NCBI GenBank assembly: GCA_963681965.1
Contig: OY820579.1
Coordinates: forward strand, 1,728,001 to 1,792,000
DNA: 64,000 nucleotides
DNA from: a bacterium
Lineage (GTDB): Bacteria; Electryoneota; JAOADG01
Reading direction: 5' to 3'
The notes beneath the pieces are model-generated. The model saw only the letters and a list, made by a program, of their open reading frames with translations, was not told the origin of the DNA and ran no database searches. The position numbers and the translations under genes were made by a program. Numbering within the stretch: position 1 is the stretch's first letter; every line of letters begins with the position of its first letter. Shown here piece after piece: positions 54,820 to 64,000 of the stretch.

Positions 54820-55333
54820 CTGAAAAGGGCGAAAAAAACTTTCTGGATTACGCTATTCACGGTAGCAATCACAATGATGTTGTCGGGAATGGATCGAACC
54901 GGATGGCGAATGCTATCCGGTGTTTTAATGATTTCCGGAATCATATTAATATTCACGGCATCAGATCACTTCGAGCGGATTGCCATTTTCCCCGGCGTGC
55001 TATTTGCCGGTACTGCATTATTACAGCATTTCTTCGGATTCAATAACTTCCATTGGTTCGGTGATATTCTTGCTGGATACTTCTTACTTGCCGGAATCGC
55101 TACGCTTGCATATTTCATTTTAGAACCTGTATCCAAGCGCTATCTTATTTTCGGAATGTTGCTTTCTGCCGTTGCAGGTTCGGTCTGGTTGATCAAACGA
55201 TATGCCTGGCCGTGGTGGATTATCGCGCAATCGACTTGGATGCTACCGCTAGCAATTGTGATTGTCGGTTTGACATGGGCGTTTTATCCGCGAATATTGA
55301 AACGGAACTGGCAACAATTCAAAAGAGAGTCTT

Positions 55334-55362
<29 letters not shown>
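54820..55362 (+). CDS. Multi-TM membrane protein, start uncertain
   Basis: About six hydrophobic helices; follows pspC; GGAGA 7 nt before CTG 54820, next ATG at 54874. Confidence 0.6.
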
Positions 55363-56856
<1,494 letters not shown>

Positions 56857-56860
<4 letters not shown>

Positions 56861-57531
56861 ACCGGAAATCTTTAAAACAACCGATTTGGGCGCCTGATGA
56901 GATCTATCAGGCGCTTCTGGCATATTTCGGTCCGCAGCGCTGGTGGCCGGGAGAAACCAAAATCGAAATTGTGGTCGGAGCAATACTAACACAAAATACC
57001 GATTGGCGAAATGTCGAGCGATCGATATCGCGGTTAAAAGCTGCTAATACTCTTACTCTTGAGGCATTGCAGTTAATCGATCCGATACTGCTTCAAGAAT
57101 TAATTAAGCCTTCAGGATTTATGACTGCCAAGAGCCGGACAATCCAATCTACCGTGAATTGGCTGCTGACATCACAAGTATTTAGTAACGGAATGGATGC
57201 TTCTACCCACGAATTACGATCGCAATTGATGGCAATCAAAGGGATTGGCGAAGAAACCGCCGATTCGATTTTGTTATATGCACTCGAGCGACCAGTTGCG
57301 ATGGCTGATGGCTACACCCGACGAATTGGTAACCGTATCGGTTTTCTCGAAGAAAATGCGAATTACCGAACCTGTGCTGATTGGGTAGAAACGTTAGCCC
57401 CATTAACGGCGTATGATCAGGGAGAAATTCATGCATTCATCGTTCGGTTGGCTAAAGCCGTCTGTTTTAAGCGTGCTCCCAACTGTGCCGATTGTCCACT
57501 TACCGGTAAATGTTCTCGCATCGGCTGCTAA
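56857..57531 (+). CDS. HhH-GPD / endonuclease III-related DNA glycosylase with [4Fe-4S] motif
   Basis: WWP, GAILTQNT, KGIGEETAD, and C-x6-C-x2-C-x5-C. Confidence 0.88.
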
Positions 57532-57573
57532 AAAATCGTACCTTCCTAACCGTAAGAATAGATTGGTTTCCCT

Positions 57574-59391
57574 ATGATCAAGTACTTTCCGAAATTCCTC
57601 GCGGTTGGATTGATTATCGTTTCCATAGCGATTTCCGTCCAAGCCAGCGGGTTCTCCGACGATACTCTCGTTTTGAAGGCGTTATCTGCGCTTAATCTCT
57701 CGCCATCGAACTTTGCGATTTCGCCTGATATCGAAACTCCCGATCCTTTCCGTAGTCCAATCATCACATATTTGTTATTGCACTCGGATCAACTAGAGTC
57801 TGTTTCGATGAAATTGACTGACAGTGTGTCAAAACAGTTGAAGATGTCTCCATCGATTACAAGTACGCTACCTGTGACTTGGGATAAAATCGTTACAGAT
57901 GCGAAACTAATTCGTGAGCGGAACTGGACCGGGTTTACTCCCGAAGAGCGAATAAAAGCTTTGTCCGACGTTCCCGATCTCTACCGGGAAGACGATAATG
58001 TTGCCGATCTCGATGTCTTTACGCTCAAAGAACGTCAAGAGATCGGTGCCGATTCGATGAAAGCGACGAATGCCTTAATCAAAAAGATTCACGGTTATAC
58101 CGACTGGAATCGATCATTGAATGCGTTGCGCGCATTTACTGCTTCGATTTCGGATACTAGTAATTGGGAAATGATATTTGGATCGCTTCGTCATACTCCA
58201 TTGGCTGGTGTGACCGGTGCAATTGTCGGATGGCAGGAAACATCGGGTGGCATCGTCATCATTGGCAGTAAAGCGCGAAATATCTACGACGGAGAATTTG
58301 CCGCAATCATCGACCTCGGTGGTAATGACGAGTATCGCGGTCGATTTGCTGGAAATAGTGAAAAAGTTCCAGTTGGATTGGTAATCGATTTTGAAGGCGA
58401 CGACTATTATCTCGCCGATTCCAATTTTTCTTGTGCCGGTGCGCGCGATGGTATTGCAATGCTGCTGGATTTCAGTGGAAACGATCATTACATCGGTAAT
58501 CAATGGTCGCAAGGTGCAGCAATGATGGGTGCATCGCTATTGGAAGACCGCTCTGGTTTCGATTCCTACGAAGCCGATGCCAACTCGCAAGGTTGTGCTG
58601 CATTTGGTTCGGCGTCCTTACACGATTTTACCGGTAATGATAACTATCGCATACACATGTACGGACAGGGTGTCGGTTTGATTGCGGGTTGGGGGACGCT
58701 GCTCGATGAACAGGGAGACGATCAATATCTGGCAACACCGCGATATGTCGATGTCTTGCGGTATCAAGATCATTCTCTGACACTTTCTCAAGGATTCGGT
58801 TACGGTCTACGTCCTAATTTCAGTGGTGGTTTCGGATTCCTGATCGATGAAACTGGTAGCGATTTTTACATGAGCGATATCTACGGTCAAGGTTGCAGTT
58901 ATTGGTATGCGCTGGGAGTATTGCTGGATAAAACCGGAAACGATCGGTATCTCGCATACCAATATGCACAGGGATCTGGGATACATATTTCTCTCGGTTT
59001 GCTGCGCGATGAAGCTGGTGACGATCATTACGACAGCAAAGGTGTTTCGCAAGGGTGTGGTCACGATCTTGGAACCGGCTATCTTCACGATTTGGCGGGC
59101 GAGGATAGCTATATCTGCAGCGATCTATCGCAAGGGGCGGGAAGTGCAAACGGTTTTGGTGTTCTGATCGACGATGCCGGTAACGATGTATATTCCAATC
59201 GCAATAGTGTATCAACCATGGGGTATGGTAATCCGCGACGAGATTACGGTTCAATCGGTCTTTTTTTGGATAAAGCTGGCGACGACCGTTATGCCGATAC
59301 CGATGCTGCCGATGGTCGAATGTGGCTGAGGGGAATTCGCGGAGTCGGTTGGGATATTGCCAAACCAGCGTTGAAAGGAGAGAAACCATGA
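57574..59391 (+). CDS. Secreted protein with about 12 Gly/Asp repeats (hhDxxGxDxY)
   Basis: Signal peptide ending VQA; repeats of about 26 aa such as SQGAAMMGASLLEDRSGFDSY. Confidence 0.75.
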   Translation: MIKYFPKFLAVGLIIVSIAISVQASGFSDDTLVLKALSALNLSPSNFAISPDIETPDPFRSPIITYLLLHSDQLESVSMKLTDSVSKQLKMSPSITSTLPVTWDKIVTDAKLIRERNWTGFTPEERIKALSDVPDLYREDDNVADLDVFTLKERQEIGADSMKATNALIKKIHGYTDWNRSLNALRAFTASISDTSNWEMIFGSLRHTPLAGVTGAIVGWQETSGGIVIIGSKARNIYDGEFAAIIDLGGNDEYRGRFAGNSEKVPVGLVIDFEGDDYYLADSNFSCAGARDGIAMLLDFSGNDHYIGNQWSQGAAMMGASLLEDRSGFDSYEADANSQGCAAFGSASLHDFTGNDNYRIHMYGQGVGLIAGWGTLLDEQGDDQYLATPRYVDVLRYQDHSLTLSQGFGYGLRPNFSGGFGFLIDETGSDFYMSDIYGQGCSYWYALGVLLDKTGNDRYLAYQYAQGSGIHISLGLLRDEAGDDHYDSKGVSQGCGHDLGTGYLHDLAGEDSYICSDLSQGAGSANGFGVLIDDAGNDVYSNRNSVSTMGYGNPRRDYGSIGLFLDKAGDDRYADTDAADGRMWLRGIRGVGWDIAKPALKGEKP

Positions 59392-60545
59392 TCCGAGTTG
59401 CTCTGATGGGATTATTTCTCCTTGTAAATTCAGTAGTCTTTGCGCAGACAAACCCAGTTACTCAGCGAGAGACCGGAAAATCTAATGTCGATGAATTGCC
59501 GCCTCATCTCTGTAAAGGTCCTCTGAAACCGGGTTGGGAAGACCGTATCGTCTATTCCGCGGAATCCGACAAGCGCCTTTTCTGGGTTGCCAGCAGCGGC
59601 GAACCGAAATGGGCGGAAATTCGCCGGAAAGCCGATAGTACTCTCGTCGCACGTGGAATTATCGCAGTTCCATTCCTACTCACAAAACTCGCTACCGACG
59701 ATGCGCGTGAGAGTCAAACAGTTAACCTGATCTTGAAAAAAATCGGAAAACCTGCTATTCCATCGTTGATTGCAATTAATGACACGACGAAAGATCGCGA
59801 TATTAAGTCGATGGTATTGAAAACGCTTGGTGATATTGGTGATACTAGTGCCACTTCGGTGTTGATTACTGCAAGTACCGATACGTCGATTCGAATTCGC
59901 GGTGCGGCTGCAAGCGCATTGATGACAATGCCTGCCGGTGTTCCGGTCATCATGAAGCGACTTCGCGATTTTTCCCACGACTCGTGGGCAGGTATTCGTC
60001 GTACTTCGATTCGGGGATTGATCCTGATGGCGGATATTCCGTCGATTCCAGCGATCCTTTCATGTTTGGCAGATTCGTCTTATCCCGTTCGTGAAACCAC
60101 GATACAGGCACTGAGTTCACGACCGACTCATCACGACTCCCTTCAACCGGGACGATTAGACCAGATTACCGCTTTTCGGAACGCGTTAATGGATACTTTG
60201 GAACGACGCTTGAAACCATCTTGGCGATTGGATCGATATCTCTCATTCCGCACCGGTTTTGGTCTGTTTCCCGACTATCGCGAGGTTCGTGCCGACGAAT
60301 TCCCGATCAAGAATACATCGATGCTGGCAACTTATATACAAGTGTATCGGATTCTGCAAGGAACGGATGGCGACATTTGGCATGCTGCGGTAGTGAATCC
60401 ATCACCCGTAGTCAGAGCCGAAGCGTTGCGAGCCGGAACCAAACGGAAACTGGACGGTACTATTAGTGTCGAATCGTTTGCAAAACCATTACTGTGGGAT
60501 CAGGATCCGCAAGTATACTTCGTCTTGCGTGAAGTGTCGAAGTAA
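59388..60545 (+). CDS. Secreted HEAT/PBS-lyase-like repeat protein
   Basis: Signal peptide ending VFA; LGDIGD..A..VL, IRGAAASAL, VRAEAL; ATGA overlap with the upstream gene. Confidence 0.75.
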   Translation: MIRVALMGLFLLVNSVVFAQTNPVTQRETGKSNVDELPPHLCKGPLKPGWEDRIVYSAESDKRLFWVASSGEPKWAEIRRKADSTLVARGIIAVPFLLTKLATDDARESQTVNLILKKIGKPAIPSLIAINDTTKDRDIKSMVLKTLGDIGDTSATSVLITASTDTSIRIRGAAASALMTMPAGVPVIMKRLRDFSHDSWAGIRRTSIRGLILMADIPSIPAILSCLADSSYPVRETTIQALSSRPTHHDSLQPGRLDQITAFRNALMDTLERRLKPSWRLDRYLSFRTGFGLFPDYREVRADEFPIKNTSMLATYIQVYRILQGTDGDIWHAAVVNPSPVVRAEALRAGTKRKLDGTISVESFAKPLLWDQDPQVYFVLREVSK

Positions 60546-60591
60546 CCAGAAATAATAATTATCTTTTTCGCAGTAGGACACATTTCTTAAC

Positions 60592-62040
60592 GTGTATCAA
60601 AAAGTAAAAGCACTGGCTGGTCAATCGATCGTGTACGGGATTGGGCAAATCGCCACCCGTGCTGCCAGCTTTTTACTACTCCCTGCGTACAGTTACTGGC
60701 TAACTGTTTCTGAATACGGCGCAGTGACGCTCTATTATAGTTTTATCGGTGTTGCGCAGGTAATTTATATCTACGGTCTCGACATCGCTTTAATGCGCTA
60801 TTATGTGCCATTGAAAGAAGAGGAAGCACGAAAAAATCTCTTCGGTACCGTATTAACGCTCTCCATTTTTACTTCGACCATCCTAAGTGTCTTATTGTGG
60901 TTTTTCCGGGCACCTCTCGCGAATGTTGTTCTCGAAAAAGGGGGAGACCCGCTTATACTGATTTACTGTCTAGCTGTCCTCTGGCTAGATACTTTTATGG
61001 CACTCCCATTTGTCATCCTTCGCGCCAAACAGCGAGCATGGCAGTATACGTCACTCCGATTGTTTGGTGTGATTATTAATCTCGGAGCGAATTGGATTTT
61101 AGTAGGAGTATGGAAAACCGGGTTACAAGGAGTTTTGCTTGCCAATGTTGTTAGCTCCGCGGTGATTCTTCTTCCATTACTCTTGTTGATTCGAAAAGAT
61201 ATCGTTTGGCGGTTCAACGGTAATTTACTGGGACCAATCCTGAAATTCGGTTTGCCGAATATTCCTAACCTCTTTTTTGTCATGGTATTGGAGTTAAGTT
61301 CACGAAAACTCCTAGAAGTATATTCCTCGACAGAACAAACTGGTTTATACGGTGTAGGGGCGAAGTTGGGAATGGTTTTCTCGATTTTGGCAATGGCGTT
61401 CCGAAATGCTTGGGCACCATTTTTCCTTGAAGAAGGCGAAAAAAAGGATAGTCCGGAACTTTTTGCCCGTGTTTTGACCTATTTTCTGTTAAGTTTTGGA
61501 ATATTGTTTTTAGGATTAACTTATTTTCTCCCGCCTCTGGTGACGATGAAGCTTCCGTTACTAGGAGCGCCGATGATCGATAGGAAATTCTGGGGTGGAA
61601 TTGATATATTCCCTGTTATCCTATTAGGTCAAGTTTTTAACGGGATCGCTGCCAACTTGTCTGCGGGTTTCTATTTACGGAACCGCATCCATGTTCAAGC
61701 GTATATATCGGGTATTGCCGCTACTTTGAGCGTATTATTCTGTATCTGGTTGATACCTGTTTATGGATTGTGGGCTGCGGCATGGAGCATTGTCGTGGGG
61801 TACGGATGTATCGCCCTCGGCGAGTGGATCTATGCGCGAAAGAATTACCCAGTTCCATACGAAAATCGGCGATTGCTCCAATTATCGGTTGCAGTTGCCG
61901 TTTGGTGGTATCTCGGAGCGGTCGTAGTTCAATCGATGTGGTTGCGAATCCCGCTATTTATCTTGTTTCCTGTCTTGCTGTGGTTCACGGGCTTCTTTTA
62001 TACCAGTGAAAAACGTCGAGTGTTACAACGATTTCGATAA
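60592..62040 (+). CDS. Wzx-like MOP flippase / polysaccharide biosynthesis protein
   Basis: SIVYG...FLLLP.Y...L..SEYG, G.Y....K, AFRNAWAPFF; about 12-14 TM helices. Confidence 0.85.
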   Translation: MYQKVKALAGQSIVYGIGQIATRAASFLLLPAYSYWLTVSEYGAVTLYYSFIGVAQVIYIYGLDIALMRYYVPLKEEEARKNLFGTVLTLSIFTSTILSVLLWFFRAPLANVVLEKGGDPLILIYCLAVLWLDTFMALPFVILRAKQRAWQYTSLRLFGVIINLGANWILVGVWKTGLQGVLLANVVSSAVILLPLLLLIRKDIVWRFNGNLLGPILKFGLPNIPNLFFVMVLELSSRKLLEVYSSTEQTGLYGVGAKLGMVFSILAMAFRNAWAPFFLEEGEKKDSPELFARVLTYFLLSFGILFLGLTYFLPPLVTMKLPLLGAPMIDRKFWGGIDIFPVILLGQVFNGIAANLSAGFYLRNRIHVQAYISGIAATLSVLFCIWLIPVYGLWAAAWSIVVGYGCIALGEWIYARKNYPVPYENRRLLQLSVAVAVWWYLGAVVVQSMWLRIPLFILFPVLLWFTGFFYTSEKRRVLQRFR

Positions 62041-62112
62041 ATGATTGCTTGAGTAAGCACATCTGTTATCATGTGTTCCCAATATGATTGTTGATATTCA
62101 GGAGGACTACTG

Positions 62113-64000
62113 TTGCTGCAAAATGCGATAAAGAAACCATCATTCTGGGTTGGGACGGGAATCTTCCTGTTCGCCTGGATTATTCTGCTCATGTCGAATG
62201 CGAATACGGTTTCATATTGGGACTGTGCCGAGAACGCTGCAAGTTCATTTATTCTAGGGGTTCCGCACCCACCGGGATCGCCATTGTTAATGGTGATGGG
62301 TCGGATTTCGGTTTTGCTTTTTCCATTCGGTGAATATGCCCAGCGTGGCTGCCAGTTAACTTCGCTGTTATCGGCACTGTCGGTTCTGGGAACATTTTTG
62401 ATTACGATGCGATTGATCCGGATGTTCCGCGGAAAAGAGGAAACCCTAAGCGATACAATAACTGTCTTGGGTGGTGCTGCCGTCGGTGCATTGGCGTTTG
62501 CGTTTACCCCGTCGTATTGGTTCAATGCCGTTGAATTCGGCGTTTGGGCACCTTCGCTATTTATGACAGTACTGGTGATCTGGCTGATTATCAAATGGTA
62601 CGATGAATCCCAGGACGGCTCGAAAGATCATTTACTCTTGCTGATCTTTTTCTTGAACGGATTAGGTCTATCGCTGCACCAATTGAATTTGTTGACGCTC
62701 CCGACCATCTTCTTGTTGATTTGGTTTCGAAATCGCCGACTTGCCTATTTTTTACTCGTCGGTAACATTATCTCTTACTTGATAATCGATATTCCGATTC
62801 ACGCTGCCGTACCAATCTGGTTGCAGGTCGCATCGGTTCCCATTGCAGCAGGATTTTACATCTATTACAACAACCAGAAAAAACACGATGCCGCGTTGAT
62901 TCCGATGGTTCACATTTTAACGTTCCTCGGGTTCTCGCTTTACATCATGCTCTTCCTGCGTGCAACAATGCATCCGCTAATCAACGAAAACGACCCCTCG
63001 ACGTTTGCACGAATTCACAGCTATCTGTCGCGCGAGCAATACGGAACCGACAACATGATGGCGGGAATGTTCAATCGGCGCGGACCATTCTGGGAATACC
63101 AGATCAAGAAGATGTATCTCCGGTATTTCGATTGGAACTTCATTGGTTCGTTCAAAGACATCTACTATCGTGAGAATCTTTCCGGGTGGCGCTATTTCGG
63201 TCTACCATTCTTCCTCGGATTATTTGGTATCGTGCATCATTACGTCAAGGATCGGAAGCAGTGGTTTGCCAACCTCGTGTTGTTCTTTATGACCGGTTTG
63301 GCGGTAGTATTGTATGTTAATCAAGACGATCCGCAACCCCGTGAACGAGATTATTCTTATACTGGTAGCTTCTTTGCGTTTGCTATCTGGATCGGCATTG
63401 GTGCTGTCGCAGTGATCGATACGATTGCCGAATTCTTGAAAAAGAAGCAACTCTCTCCTGCTATCGCCGGTATAGCAATCTTGGCACTCGCCTTGGCTGT
63501 TCCCGGACGAATGCTGCAAGTGAATTACTATCACTGCAATCGCAAAAACAACTTTGTTGCATACGATTACTCGCGTAATATTCTCGAAAGTTGCGCACCG
63601 AATGCCGTGCTTTTCACCAACGGAGACAACGATACTTTCCCCTTGTGGTATCTGCAAACGGTCGAGCATGTTCGTCCCGATGTAACTGTGGCGAATCTCT
63701 CGCTTATCAATACCGGGTGGTACATCAAGCAACTGCGTGACGTTTTCAAAGTACCCATTAGTTTCGATAACGAATTCATCGATAAGTATGTCGACGAAAC
63801 GACTGAAGATGCGATCATGAGCCGTTACTGGCCACCCGAACGACGTCGAATTACAATTAAGTCGCCTGAAGGTCCGATGACGTGGGAAGCGCCGGCAGCG
63901 TTTTACATTCCGACCGATCGCGAGGGTCGCGATCGCTCCCCGAACTTCCTTCGGGTACAGGATATGATGATCATCGACATCATGCGCTCGAATGTGCGAC
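62113..64000 (+). CDS. DUF2723 / TMEM260-like GT-C membrane glycosyltransferase, 3'-truncated (absent from ORF track)
   Basis: Manual translation from TTG 62113 (AGGAGG SD): SYWDCAE...GVPHPPGSP, YLSREQYG, QPRERDYSY, FTNGDNDTFPLWYLQ; frame open to the window end. Confidence 0.88.
   Translation, partial: MLQNAIKKPSFWVGTGIFLFAWIILLMSNANTVSYWDCAENAASSFILGVPHPPGSPLLMVMGRISVLLFPFGEYAQRGCQLTSLLSALSVLGTFLITMRLIRMFRGKEETLSDTITVLGGAAVGALAFAFTPSYWFNAVEFGVWAPSLFMTVLVIWLIIKWYDESQDGSKDHLLLLIFFLNGLGLSLHQLNLLTLPTIFLLIWFRNRRLAYFLLVGNIISYLIIDIPIHAAVPIWLQVASVPIAAGFYIYYNNQKKHDAALIPMVHILTFLGFSLYIMLFLRATMHPLINENDPSTFARIHSYLSREQYGTDNMMAGMFNRRGPFWEYQIKKMYLRYFDWNFIGSFKDIYYRENLSGWRYFGLPFFLGLFGIVHHYVKDRKQWFANLVLFFMTGLAVVLYVNQDDPQPRERDYSYTGSFFAFAIWIGIGAVAVIDTIAEFLKKKQLSPAIAGIAILALALAVPGRMLQVNYYHCNRKNNFVAYDYSRNILESCAPNAVLFTNGDNDTFPLWYLQTVEHVRPDVTVANLSLINTGWYIKQLRDVFKVPISFDNEFIDKYVDETTEDAIMSRYWPPERRRITIKSPEGPMTWEAPAAFYIPTDREGRDRSPNFLRVQDMMIIDIMRSNVR

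Overview
A 64-kb core-genome window from a bacterium, probably in the FCB superphylum (Bacteroidota/Chlorobi-type RpoC inserts). Every credible gene lies on the + strand. The centre (about 11.8-46.3 kb) is one uninterrupted translation/transcription superoperon: tRNAs Thr/Tyr/Gly/Thr, tuf, tRNA-Trp, secE, nusG, rplKAJL, rpoBC, rpsLG, fusA, a second tuf, then the S10, spc and alpha clusters. The left flank holds a D-(S/T)-rich protein (5' end outside the window), pyrK/pyrD, rlpA, cdsA, selB, comF, purF, a UbiA prenyltransferase, a CDP-alcohol phosphotransferase and cysS. The right flank holds a GIY-YIG-like ORF, hutU, yjbQ, a methylmalonyl-CoA mutase subunit, birA, coaX, an amidase, greA, pspC, gpmI, an HhH-GPD glycosylase, a secreted repeat protein paired with a HEAT protein, a Wzx-like flippase and a DUF2723/TMEM260-like GT-C enzyme that runs off the window. 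I found no mobile elements or CRISPR arrays. Main candidates: (1) an unannotated Cys-Cys leader peptide with antiterminator/terminator in front of cysS; (2) signs of a Bacteroidota-style D-(S/T)-x protein O-glycosylation system; (3) an 87-aa S14 that keeps all four Zn cysteines; (4) extended ribosomal proteins and long structured spacers; (5) strong GGCC avoidance. All folds and counts were made by eye.
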